DNA from: Gammaproteobacteria bacterium
GTDB lineage: Bacteria; Pseudomonadota; Gammaproteobacteria; G965277405
Direction: 5' to 3'
Assembly: GCA_965277405.1 (NCBI GenBank)
Contig: OZ255726.1
Location: 800,001 to 864,000, forward strand
DNA length: 64,000 nucleotides
Shown here in pieces: positions 1 to 9,249 of this stretch. Below the pieces are notes generated by a model. The model was not told where the DNA came from. It searched no databases and was given only the letters and a program-made list of their open reading frames with translations. Positions within the stretch are counted from its first letter, which is position 1. Each line of letters opens with the position of its first letter. The position numbers and the translations under genes are program-made.

Positions 1-1053
1 GTCAAGCGTACATTATTCTCGATTGGGCACCGCGGCGCATCACTGATGTTTCCAGAACATACAGAACAGTCCTACCGGGCAGCAGCTTCCATGGGCGCGG
101 GGATAATTGAGTGCGATGTTGCATTCACTGCCGATAAAGAGCTTGTATGTCGCCATTCACATAGCGACCTGCAGACAACGACAAACATTCTGCTAACTCC
201 ACTCGCAGATACTTGCGTAAAGCCGTTCGTTGCTGCATCAGCCACGACAAAAGCCTCTGCAGAATGCCGTACCAACGATATTACTTTAGCTGAGTTCAGT
301 TCGCTTAAGGGTAAGATGGACTCTGCGAATGTCGCTGCAACAACTGCAGCAGACTACATGAATGGCACAGCGGGTTGGCGGACAAACCTCTACGCCACCA
401 GTGCTGGCAAGTTGATGACCCATGCAGAGTCAATCGAACTTTTCAAATCACTCGGCGTAAAGTTCACTCCAGAACTTAAAACACCAACTGTCAATATGCC
501 AATGGATGGTTTCAGTCAGCAAGATTTTGCACAAAAAATGATCGATGAGTACAAAGCTGCTGGAGTTCCACCCGCCGATGTCTGGGCACAGTCTTTCCGT
601 CTTGAAGATGTTCTCTACTGGATCAAGAACGAACCGGAGTTTGGTAAGCAAGCTGTTTATCTTGACGGCCGCTATGACATTGAGGGTTTTGACCCAATGA
701 AGCCTGAAACTTTTGAGCCTTCGATGGGCGAACTTAAAAACATGGGCGTCAACTACATTGCACCACCAATCTGGGTATTGATCACTACTGCTGATGGCAA
801 AATTATACCATCAACCTATGCCAAAGAAGCGCATGCAGCTGGTCTCAAAATCATTAGCTGGTCGCTTGAGCGCTCGGGTCCAATGGGCAGCGGTGGCGGC
901 TGGTACTACCAGTCAGTCAACGATGAGATCAATTCAGACGGAATGATTTTTGAGGTACTTGATGTTCTAGCACAAGGCGCCAAAATCGACGGTATGTTCT
1001 CTGATTGGCCGGCAACAGTTAGCTATTACGCAAGCTGCATGGGGCTAAAATAA
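1..1053 (+). CDS. Glycerophosphodiester phosphodiesterase family protein (5' end outside the window)
   Basis: Frame is open from base 1 ([21 protein letters not shown]); GDPD motifs HRGA..PEHT, IECDV, LVCRH, ELK and FSDWP. Confidence 0.9.
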   Translation, partial: VKRTLFSIGHRGASLMFPEHTEQSYRAAASMGAGIIECDVAFTADKELVCRHSHSDLQTTTNILLTPLADTCVKPFVAASATTKASAECRTNDITLAEFSSLKGKMDSANVAATTAADYMNGTAGWRTNLYATSAGKLMTHAESIELFKSLGVKFTPELKTPTVNMPMDGFSQQDFAQKMIDEYKAAGVPPADVWAQSFRLEDVLYWIKNEPEFGKQAVYLDGRYDIEGFDPMKPETFEPSMGELKNMGVNYIAPPIWVLITTADGKIIPSTYAKEAHAAGLKIISWSLERSGPMGSGGGWYYQSVNDEINSDGMIFEVLDVLAQGAKIDGMFSDWPATVSYYASCMGLK

Positions 1054-1320
1054 CGACAAAAAGTCTCCACAATAGGAGTGACTAGAGTCTGGACTCATTG
1101 TTTGATACTAATACAATGAGCGTATCAGTCATAGCGTATTGCGAATGTATGCTTGATCAGAGTTTCACGATAGTTGGTTGTCATAAGCAGACGAACTAGT
1201 CGCTCCTAATCGTCACGGACCACGTGCACATTGCGTTTAACCCTCTGCCCTTTTGCCAGCAGTTCACCTTGCCTAGCATCGGCATTTTGATCGACTGTGT
1301 GGGTTCAACTCGATAATTAG

Positions 1321-2561
1321 GGAAGCTCTGATTAAGACGCTCATATACTCCAATAACTCGCATATACTCCAAAAAAATAATAGCAATAATTTTCAATGGT
1401 CAATATTTGATCATTTCGCTGATCTTCGTGTTGCTGTTTTACTGTTTTTTACTGTTTTTTACTGTTTTTACTGTTTTTTACTGTTTTTCTTGAATTTTGG
1501 GCGGTTCTATCCTGTTAGTCGTCCGCGCAGCATGTATAAGTTCGTCAATGCAAGCAAAGAAAATACTTGTACTCGGTTCTTTTCTAGTCCTTTGTAGCGA
1601 GCTTTCTTATAACCAAACTGACATTTGATTACCCGAAAACAGTGCTCAATCCGGGCGCGCACCTTAGAGTTCTGTCTATTGCGTTTGCGCTGCGAGCCGC
1701 TCATTTGCTGCTTTGGTTTACGTTTATCATTCACGCGCCAATCTATCCCAAGGTGACGCGAGCCGCGTTTATAACTGTCGCTCGTATATCCTGCATCGGC
1801 AAAGATAACCTTATCTGTTTCACGCAGCAATTTGGGGAGTTCATTGATGTCAGCTTCATTCGCGGCTGTGGTGGTGGGCATTGTCGCGCTATGAATCATA
1901 TTGCTATTAGCGTCAGTTCCTATATGAATCTTCATGCCAAAATACCACTAATTGCCTTTCCTTGTTTGCTGCATTTCAGGATCACGGGCTTTCTCTTTAA
2001 TTCTGCGTAGATGATGGCGCATTGATGGTCGTGGCAGCAACCATTGTCCCTGGTGAGATTATTATATTATTTTCCATACAATACTCATTCACGACAGCAA
2101 GTATCTTGACGCTGAGTTGATGTTTTTCTATGATCCTGCGGGCAAGTTCAAGATGGTGGTTTCATCAGGGATGGCATCGTCTATCAGCTCTATATGGGCA
2201 AAACGCCGCATGCTTTCCATGTCATATAGTGCTTCTTCTACCCCTGGGTCTGATAAGTTGTACCATTGCTGTAAAAAATAAATGCGTAACATGGTCTGCA
2301 TATTAATCGGTGGGCGGCCATTCCCTTTCTTGGGATAATGCGGTTCTATTAACTCTAACAACTGTTGCCATGGAGCTAATTTGTCCATTAACTGCAAGAA
2401 TTTTTTTTGGTTTTGTTGTTACTTTCTTGTGGTCGTATGCAGCACTGGCAAAAGTTGTTTGTTTCATAAGATTATCCGCTTATTCAAATATTCAAATAGA
2501 TTCACCATTGTATATCTTTCTAGCTGATATTGCTGTTGTTTGGGACTTAATCAGAGGTTCC
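1321..2561 (-). mobile_element. IS5-family insertion sequence, copy 1 (transposase broken)
   Basis: TIRs GGAAGCTCTGATTAAG / CTTAATCAGAGGTTCC; TTAG target duplication at 1317-1320 and 2562-2565; transposase pieces (PHYPKKGNGRPP, WYNLSDP, FGMKIHIG, ADAGY, RARIEH) at 1507-1935 and 2128-2397. Confidence 0.95.
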
Positions 2562-2585
2562 TTAGCTAAGCCCTTTTTAAATAAA
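2562..2585 (+). repeat. 24-bp direct repeat, left copy (att-like boundary)
   Basis: TTAGCTAAGCCCTTTTTAAATAAA matches 5920-5943 (TTAGCTAAACCCTTTTTAAATAAA) with one mismatch. Confidence 0.75.
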
Positions 2586-2616
2586 CAATCAATACGGGAA
2601 AACTTCCATAACTCGC

Positions 2617-2660
2617 TTGACAAATCCGAGGGGGGGGGTGATATTAACCTATGGTTAATA
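2617..2660 (+). promoter_or_regulatory. Sigma70-type promoter with poly-G spacer and overlapping palindrome
   Basis: TTGACA at 2617-2622; G9 tract at 2630-2638; TG-n-TATTAA at 2639-2647 (19-nt spacer); perfect inverted repeat TATTAACC-TAT-GGTTAATA at 2642-2660. Confidence 0.55.
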
Positions 2661-2730
2661 AATTAAGGGTTGGTCAACTACAACTATCAAAGAGCGTAGC
2701 CGCCTGAACAAAATGCTATGAGGGCTTAGC

Positions 2731-3660
2731 GTGCGTTTCAATTTAGTTGTTGCAATAATTATTGTATTTGCAATTTCAAATGCAAGTCATGCGCAGAAGA
2801 AAAAGCTCCCGCAGGAGCAGGATGGTATCGACTTGGCTCTGGAAGAGCTGTAGACAGATAAAGGCAAAATCAAGCTTGAAGCTGGTTTTACCTATAATGC
2901 CAGCACATCCGATAGAATCACTGGAGCGTTTGAAACGATTCAAACAGGAACTGGGGCATTCGTCTCTGTTCCAACTGACCTTGGGGCATCTCGTCGTGAA
3001 GCCGATACGCTGATTGGGTCAGCAACGCTACGCTATGGCTTAACCACAAAGTCAGAAGTGTTTTTTAGAGGATCAGCCATTTACTCTAATAGTCGTATTA
3101 CAGATGGTATTATAGGACTAACCGCAACATCTGATAGTGCTCGTTTGTTAAATGCGGTCGCAGGGGTTAATTATCGCTTCCTTGAAGACGGAGAATACCC
3201 CAGTCTCATAGGTTTTGCCGATATAACACTCGCTGAAAATGTGGCCTCTAGCGGTTCAGAGTTTGTTTTTGCAAGATCAGGTACAATTGGATTTACTGCC
3301 TATAAAGTTATTGATCCTGTTGTCTTATCTTTGACAGCTGGTTTTCGCCCAGCTTTATCGCGTGATGTTAATGGAACAAAAATTGATCCAGGTGATTCAA
3401 TTTTTCTAAATCCTTCCCTTGCTTTTGCTGTTAACAATGAACTGACGCTGACAGGTGGTCTTTCCATGCGTTTTCAAGGTGCTGATGAGGTCGGAGGTGT
3501 TCGTCAAGGGTCAAGACAGACTCGCGCGGATATGGAATTTGGGGTGGCCTATGCGTGGGATCACACAACAACTCTACGCATGGACACACGCGCGGATGTT
3601 ATTGGTGAGGGTGGCCTCACCATTGGCATAAACCTCACCAAGAAATTTGGTGGCAACTGA
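2731..3660 (+). pseudogene. Outer-membrane beta-barrel transporter (FapF / phenol MetA-degradation-like) with one in-frame TAG
   Basis: GTG at 2731 gives a signal peptide (VRFNLVVAIIIVFAISNASHA), then LALEEL*TDKGKIKLEAGFTY..LRYGLT, in frame with ORF 3058-3660. The stop is at 2851-2853. Amphipathic beta-strands, DPVVLSLT and NPSLAFAVNNELTL motifs, C-terminal barrel strand. Confidence 0.7.
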
Positions 3661-3687
3661 CATCAACCTTAAGAAAGGAGCATTTTT

Positions 3688-4290
3688 ATGAAAATTTTAT
3701 CAAGATCTGTCTTGTGTTTGACCTTATTTTCATTCGCAGCACAGCCTGTCATGGCTGATTCACTAACAAGCCATGATTTAAATTTTGCCTTTGGGGGAGG
3801 AACTGCTGTTTCCAAAACCATCAATCAGCATACATCGTCTCTAACCAAAGCAAAACGACCATCCCAACAATTGGCTTCACTTCAACCACTTTTAGCTAAA
3901 GAAATGAAAGAAACTGAAGGGGCTTGGCTGAATTTTGCCATTGGTGGTGCAATAGGTCTTGGATCATATCTTTACACAACTCCTCGTAGTAGTTGGAGTT
4001 GGGGTGGTGCGGCTAGAAATACTGCATACGTCTTAGTAGGTGGCGGTGCATTTAAAGCAGCCAGATATGTAGCGAGACCTTGGGTGCGTGTTGGTAGTAG
4101 CTACAGCAGAAGCGGTGGTTTTAGAACTTATTCAATAAGAACAGGTTCAAACAGATATTATCAAAATAACTCATACCTTCGCCATAGTTCAACACTACGG
4201 AGCTGGAACTCACGAGCACGCAACGATTCTTTCGTAAGCAGAAGCTGGAGAACACGCGATCGTGGCCACTATCATTTATGGAGACGCTAA
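3688..4290 (+). CDS. Exported bacteriocin/toxin-like precursor with internal double-glycine-type leader
   Basis: RBS AAGGAG; Sec signal (..AQPVMA|D); LLAKEMKETEGA|W resembles LSxxELxxIxG[GA] leaders; Gly-rich hydrophobic segment followed by an Arg/Ser-rich C-terminus ending GHYHLWRR. Confidence 0.7.
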   Translation: MKILSRSVLCLTLFSFAAQPVMADSLTSHDLNFAFGGGTAVSKTINQHTSSLTKAKRPSQQLASLQPLLAKEMKETEGAWLNFAIGGAIGLGSYLYTTPRSSWSWGGAARNTAYVLVGGGAFKAARYVARPWVRVGSSYSRSGGFRTYSIRTGSNRYYQNNSYLRHSSTLRSWNSRARNDSFVSRSWRTRDRGHYHLWRR

Positions 4291-4358
4291 TAGTATCCAC
4301 TTTCTTTAAATTATGAATATCCCTCTGGTTGTATTTAATGCAATATTCATAGGCATAT

Positions 4359-4913
4359 TTGTCTATTGAGATGAAATCTATCAAAATGAATAATTTACAA
4401 ATATTCCAAGAATGCGGACAACCAATAGAAGCCGCTCGATTTTTTAAAATCATTGAATACATTGAGAATTATGATTTAATCCCTGAAAAAGATCAGTCAC
4501 TTTATGTATACGGACATACATTTAAATCACGCAGCTGCTTAAAAAAGCTATCTCATAATCTACAAATAAAGCATTTTAAAAAGCAATACGGATTAAAGGC
4601 TATCCTAATTCCTATATCTAGTCCTAATTCCTTTATCTTAAAACTGTTATCATCAAAAATATTACTTGATACTTTCAATGCTCTCGATGAGTATGTATTT
4701 TTTAATGTTGCTTTATTCAAAAATTCCTTCGAAAAATATTTTTTAGAAAAATTTGATGTTTCTGATGTTTGCGCAAGTAGCTCTTATATAAAACAGGATC
4801 CTGCTTATTTCATATATGGAGCTGATTTTGATCATAATGAAAGTGATACAGGTATAATGGAATTTTTCTCTTATGGGGAAAACGCTCCCAATAGTCTAAC
4901 AGCTTTTTTATAA
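4359..4913 (+). CDS. Hypothetical AT-rich protein, putative immunity protein (ATG start probably at 4371 or later)
   Basis: 184-aa ORF directly downstream of the precursor, much more AT-rich than its neighbours, no recognisable motif. Confidence 0.5.
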   Translation: MSIEMKSIKMNNLQIFQECGQPIEAARFFKIIEYIENYDLIPEKDQSLYVYGHTFKSRSCLKKLSHNLQIKHFKKQYGLKAILIPISSPNSFILKLLSSKILLDTFNALDEYVFFNVALFKNSFEKYFLEKFDVSDVCASSSYIKQDPAYFIYGADFDHNESDTGIMEFFSYGENAPNSLTAFL

Positions 4914-4926
4914 GAAAAAATACTCT

Positions 4927-5195
4927 ATGCCAAAAGAACAAATCATCTGGAAAAATTATGTGGTAGTAATAACCAAAGCCATGATGAATTTCAGGGACAA
5001 ATGCGGTTTAAGTATGGAAGAGGCGATAAAAATCGTAGCGAATTATCGTGAAGACATATGTAAAATATTACAGAATTTCTAGTTGACACGATTTCGGAAG
5101 TTGATGCGGATAGGAGTTCTTTTGATGAAACCATAAAAAGGCTGGAGATGTGTAATAGAGCTGATGATTTCGTCATATATATGAACGAGTGTTAA
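4927..5195 (+). pseudogene. Small frameshifted AT-rich ORF, possible second (orphan) immunity gene
   Basis: MPKEQIIWKNYVVVITKAMMNFRDKCGLSMEEAIKIVANYRED.. continues in another frame as ..NITEFLVDTISEVDADRSSFDETIKRLEMCNRADDFVIYMNEC*. Confidence 0.35.
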
Positions 5196-5235
5196 TGCAG
5201 GGGAAAATTATTCTTCTTATCTTGTAAATAATGTC

Positions 5236-5904
5236 ATGCTTGAACTTTTAACCAAATTTATTATCCGCTCTGTCTTTGTAGTTTTAGTTACACTTTCTTG
5301 TGTGCTTTGGGGAAAAACTGATGCAGCAGAATTATCAACAACAAATTTGATTGGATCAATTCGTGTTACTTCATGGAAGGCCTTAAGGGATTTTAGGGTT
5401 GTCAAACAGGCACTGGATTATTCCTGTGGCGCCGCCTCTGTGGCAACGATCCTGAATGAATTCTACGGGTTTTCATTAACTGAAAAAGATATTCTGGACG
5501 CTATGGAGCAGGATGGTGTCGCCTCCTTTGAGGATTTAGCTAATGTTGTTCTGCAATATGGCTTTAAGGGAGGTGGTATTGCCCTTTCATTTAAGGATTT
5601 AACACAACTTAAAATTCCAGCCATTGCTTATCTAAAATATCGGGGTGAAGATCATTTTTCTGTCATTCGGGGTATTCGTTCAGATGGAGTGGTTCATTTG
5701 GGTGATCCATCTTGGGGCAATCGTCAATTTACACAACACCAGTTTCGTAAAATGTGGGAGACAAGAGAAGAGAGTGACGCAAAGGGTAAAGTTTTACTTA
5801 TAATTCCCCGCGAACTTGCCAACGCAAAAATAGATGAAACTTTTTTTAACACACCAAGAGGATGGCGGTTGAGTCTGGAAACCATAAATCTTTCCCGTCC
5901 TTAA
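5236..5904 (+). CDS. Stand-alone C39 family cysteine peptidase with N-terminal export signal (FapD-like)
   Basis: VKQALDYSCGAASVATIL (Q..C), HFSVIRG (His), LGDPSWGN (Asp); hydrophobic N-terminus; no ABC domain. Confidence 0.9.
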   Translation: MLELLTKFIIRSVFVVLVTLSCVLWGKTDAAELSTTNLIGSIRVTSWKALRDFRVVKQALDYSCGAASVATILNEFYGFSLTEKDILDAMEQDGVASFEDLANVVLQYGFKGGGIALSFKDLTQLKIPAIAYLKYRGEDHFSVIRGIRSDGVVHLGDPSWGNRQFTQHQFRKMWETREESDAKGKVLLIIPRELANAKIDETFFNTPRGWRLSLETINLSRP

Positions 5905-5919
5905 TCTCACCTTTGGCAG

Positions 5920-5943
5920 TTAGCTAAACCCTTTTTAAATAAA
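5920..5943 (+). repeat. 24-bp direct repeat, right copy
   Basis: Matches 2562-2585 with one mismatch; lies just downstream of the C39 gene stop. Confidence 0.75.
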
Positions 5944-6067
5944 GCTATCTGTTCATCCACCTGCTTGATGCCAGCCAGAGTAAAAATCTCGCTCCAGCTC
6001 ATGGCCTGATTTAAACAAAAAATAGCTATCAAAGTTTGCTAGCGAGCTATCATCCCTGAACCTAGTC

Positions 6068-7289
6068 GGATCTGTTGCAAATAGATTAAAACTTGATAAA
6101 AATTAAAAATTTTGTACAAACACAGAATTTTCTATCAATCCAAGGTTTAACAATCAATATTTGCTGGTATTTTCAGTCAAATAGCTGTTTTTTGGCGCAG
6201 TTATCCTACAAAACGCCACCATACTTTACGTCTAACACCACCTGCCTTTTCAGGTTAAATGCTAGACACTCCAGAAATATCGCAAACTGATTCTTTGCTA
6301 CTCCCACATATCTAACCCGATGATTGGTTTTTGAAAATACTCTTTCATACGGAGAACGCAGCTTGCTAAAGAATGTATCTTGGTCTTTGTTTTTATCTTT
6401 CATATTATTCTTTTTTATAGCTGCCAAATGGCAACGCTTTTTAGCGGCTGCATGTCTTGCTCCTTTGCTGCAATAACCTTTATCTGCATATATAGCACCT
6501 TGTGTTGGAATAACATGACCAATACCTTGTCCGTCTGTTACGTTAGCTGGTGTTATCGCTACTTTATTAATCAAGCCTGACTGCATATCAACACTAATAT
6601 GTTTCTTATAGCCATACCAAAATGTACCGTTACCTTTGCAGCCAATGCGGGCTTGTTTGTCTGTAGCTACTTTAGGTAAAACCTCATTATTAAGTTTGGC
6701 GTACTTTTGCTGGATTACTCTATCTCTCTCTTCCCACAAATTAGCTTTAGCTATTAAATGAGAGGCATCTATACAAGTAAATACCTCATTCATGTACCCA
6801 TGTTGTTGCAATTGAGCGCGAACATCTGCAAATATCTTAGATAATTGGTGCGTACCTATACGCGCTCTAGCTCTTGTAAATACTGTATGATCTGGCGTAG
6901 GCGCGGTTAACGCTACATTACAAAACCATTACAAAACTATTTAGCAGCGGTGTTTTCTGTTAAGTAACTTTCTAGCTCTCTATCACTTAAATCTTCTAAG
7001 TGTTGCAGCAGTAGTGCTTTAAATAACAGTTCTATACCATAACCTTTATAGTTGCTAGAGCCTTGTGCTGTTTTTAAATATTTATTATCTAAGCGGCGAA
7101 TATCTATTAATTGAACAAACTTTCGGTATATATGATCAGCGGCTACTAGATCTGCTAGGGTAATCATTTCTACTTGTTTATACATGATATTTAAAATATA
7201 AGGTTGTAGTTGAGTTGAATGATTTTACACCAGGCTATAAGCAATATACCTAATCAATAAGATTATTTGTCTTCTATTTGCAACAGTCC
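6068..7289 (-). mobile_element. Second IS5-family element, transposase disrupted
   Basis: TIR cores CTGTTGCAAATAGA / TCTATTTGCAACAG; transposase pieces at 6937-7185 and 6206-6811 (LSDRELE, IDAS, WYGYKKHISVD, ADKGY, RSPYERVF); an 11-bp duplication at 6916-6937 breaks the frame. Confidence 0.88.
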
Positions 7290-7358
7290 CAACTATTAAA
7301 GGTGCAATTCTGCTGTTCGTTGTTGCCCTGCAATCGCGCAAAAAAATGGGATTATAAA

Positions 7359-8312
7359 ATGTCAAGCATTCTCAACAGCCCAATCATCAATAAAATAGCG
7401 CGCGTCCCACCGTCGTATTTTGTTTTTTTTGGACTGACACTGCTGTTGTGGATCACCCGTCCCCACATGATGAACATCAACACCATGGGCATTTTCATCC
7501 GCCAAGTTGTACCGCTTGGGATATTAGTCCTCGGCCAGTTGCTCGTAATTCGCGTGAATTCCATCGATCTGTCTGGATTTGGAGTAATTTTAATTGTGAA
7601 TTATTTTATCTCATCAAATCTTTTTGCTGGAGCTTCGATTCCTTTCTATATCAGCATATCTTTGGCGACTGGTTTGTTTGTTGGTCTGTTCAACGGCTAC
7701 ATGGTTGGCAAACGGCGTGTGTCTGCTGTGGTTGTGACACTCGCAGTTAACATTATTATCGTTGGGATTGTGCAGTTTATGGCCAGCGGTAAACCTCCTG
7801 GCGGCGTGCCGACGGTGTTAAATGATATCTACAATAGCAAAATATGGCTGATTCCAACCCCGATTGTGTTCTGGGTAGCACTGACGGTGTCGATGTCGCT
7901 TTTCCTTTCGCGCTTTGTTTTCGGGCGTGACGTAATGTCAGTTGGCGAGAATCCAACTGCTGCCCATTTCTCAGGAGTTCCTGTCGAGCGCACAGTGATC
8001 ATCGCCCACACAATTGCTGGTCTGATGGCCGGGATTGCAGCCTTCGTCCAGACTACTTCAATTGTCATGGGTTCCGCTCGGCTAGGGGCAGAATTGCCGA
8101 TTCTTGCGGTCTCGGCAACCATTCTTGGCGGGGTTGTGTTTGGTAAAGGCGAGGGAGGCGTGTGGGGACCGTACTTTGGCGTTTTGGCCTTTGCTCTGCT
8201 GTTTGTAGTAATGACCACTTTCAATATTGGTGAACCTGGAAAACTCATTGCGCAAGGGCTGATCATTTTGCTCGCGGTGATTGTATACGGGGTAAGATCC
8301 AAACAATCCTGA
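7359..8312 (+). CDS. Sugar ABC transporter permease (RbsC/BPD_transp_2 type), orphan
   Basis: Multiple TM segments; motifs IDLS, GENPTAAHFSGV, ILGGVVFGKGEG. The longer ORF start at 7278 lies inside the IS end. Confidence 0.88.
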   Translation: MSSILNSPIINKIARVPPSYFVFFGLTLLLWITRPHMMNINTMGIFIRQVVPLGILVLGQLLVIRVNSIDLSGFGVILIVNYFISSNLFAGASIPFYISISLATGLFVGLFNGYMVGKRRVSAVVVTLAVNIIIVGIVQFMASGKPPGGVPTVLNDIYNSKIWLIPTPIVFWVALTVSMSLFLSRFVFGRDVMSVGENPTAAHFSGVPVERTVIIAHTIAGLMAGIAAFVQTTSIVMGSARLGAELPILAVSATILGGVVFGKGEGGVWGPYFGVLAFALLFVVMTTFNIGEPGKLIAQGLIILLAVIVYGVRSKQS

Positions 8313-8340
8313 TAAAAAAATAACATATTTTGGAGGTATA

Positions 8341-8997
8341 ATGTCTAAACAAGTATCAATTCTTTGCTATGGCGACTCGCTCACTTGGGGCTGGATTCCT
8401 ATCCTCGCAGGTGCGCCGACGTATCGATATTCGTTGCAGAAACGCTGGACTGGTGTCATGGCTGCGCATCTTGGAGACGGTTATCATATTATTGAGGAGG
8501 GGCTGAGCGCGCGCACGACATCCCTAGACGATCCAAACGATCCACGCTTGAACGGCAGTGCTTATTTGCCAGCTGCGCTTGCCAGTCATCTGCCTTTGGA
8601 TATTGTGATTGTCATGCTAGGAACGAATGATACCAAGTCATTTTATCATCGCACCCCCTATGAAATTGCCAACGGTATGGCAAAACTAGTCGGGCAGATT
8701 GCGACAAGCGCCGGCGGAGTTGGAACCTCTTACCCTGCACCTCAAACGCTAGTTGTGGCTCCTCCGCCACTACAGCCAATGCCACATCCGTTCTTTCAAG
8801 GTATGTTCGGCAGTGGTCACGAAAAATCTGCAGAACTTGGCAAGCAATATCAGGATATGGCAGATTTTATGAAATGCGAGTTTCTCAATGCAGCTGATTT
8901 TGTTACTACGGATGGCTGCGACGGCATCCATTTTACAGAACAGAACAACGCTGATCTTGGTAAAGCGATTGCCAAAAAGGTTAAAGATATTTTGTAA
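8341..8997 (+). CDS. SGNH/GDSL hydrolase, arylesterase/acyltransferase (MsAcT-like)
   Basis: GDSLTWGW, EEGLSARTT..DDP.DPRLNG, MLGTNDTK, DGIHFT; RBS GGAGG. Confidence 0.93.
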   Translation: MSKQVSILCYGDSLTWGWIPILAGAPTYRYSLQKRWTGVMAAHLGDGYHIIEEGLSARTTSLDDPNDPRLNGSAYLPAALASHLPLDIVIVMLGTNDTKSFYHRTPYEIANGMAKLVGQIATSAGGVGTSYPAPQTLVVAPPPLQPMPHPFFQGMFGSGHEKSAELGKQYQDMADFMKCEFLNAADFVTTDGCDGIHFTEQNNADLGKAIAKKVKDIL

Positions 8998-9076
8998 CGT
9001 TGCCATTTTCAAGGAATGCGACGAAGCGGACGCTATCTTGCAAACAGTTGGATATCCGCGCAAATAATTTTTATTG

Positions 9077-9161
9077 GAGGTTACTTTGCGTATGAGGTTG
9101 CTTTGCGTATAATGTGTAAGTTTTCATTCTGTCTTGTGTTCTGTCTTGTGTTCTGTCTTGT
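9077..9161 (+). repeat. Short tandem repeats in intergenic region
   Basis: GAGGTT(A/G)CTTTGCGTAT x2 at 9077-9110; TTCTGTCTTGTG about x3 at 9127-9161. Confidence 0.8.
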
Positions 9162-9249
9162 ATCGTAGCGTTGATGCTAGTTGTTAGCTTGGCAACAGCA
9201 CTTGGAACATACTTAGGCGGATTTCAATCAAGCGAATAGAGTTGTAGTT

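Noticed and set aside
1421-1500. CTGTTTTTTA-type tandem repeats (also near 46140, 51650, 58950 and 60180) as a possible CRISPR array
   Set aside because: The 9-10-bp units have no unique spacers and are part of the IS5 3' end.
2562-2585. The 24-bp repeat as a Xer/dif site
   Set aside because: It only loosely resembles the XerD arm, and there is no XerC arm or 11-6-11 structure.
2851-2853. Stop-codon reassignment (TAG read-through) to explain in-frame stops
   Set aside because: Conserved genes such as uvrD and dgt end in TAG at the expected positions, and other broken genes involve TAA or frameshifts, which fits decay.
2762-3013. 83-aa ORF upstream of the barrel ORF
   Set aside because: It is an alternative frame overlapping the true 5' half of the barrel gene that starts at 2731.
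4278-4395. Possible tiny membrane immunity gene overlapping the precursor stop (METLIVSTFFK../MNIPLVVFNAIFIGIFVY)
   Set aside because: It requires a frameshift and is very short, so it cannot be supported without homologs.
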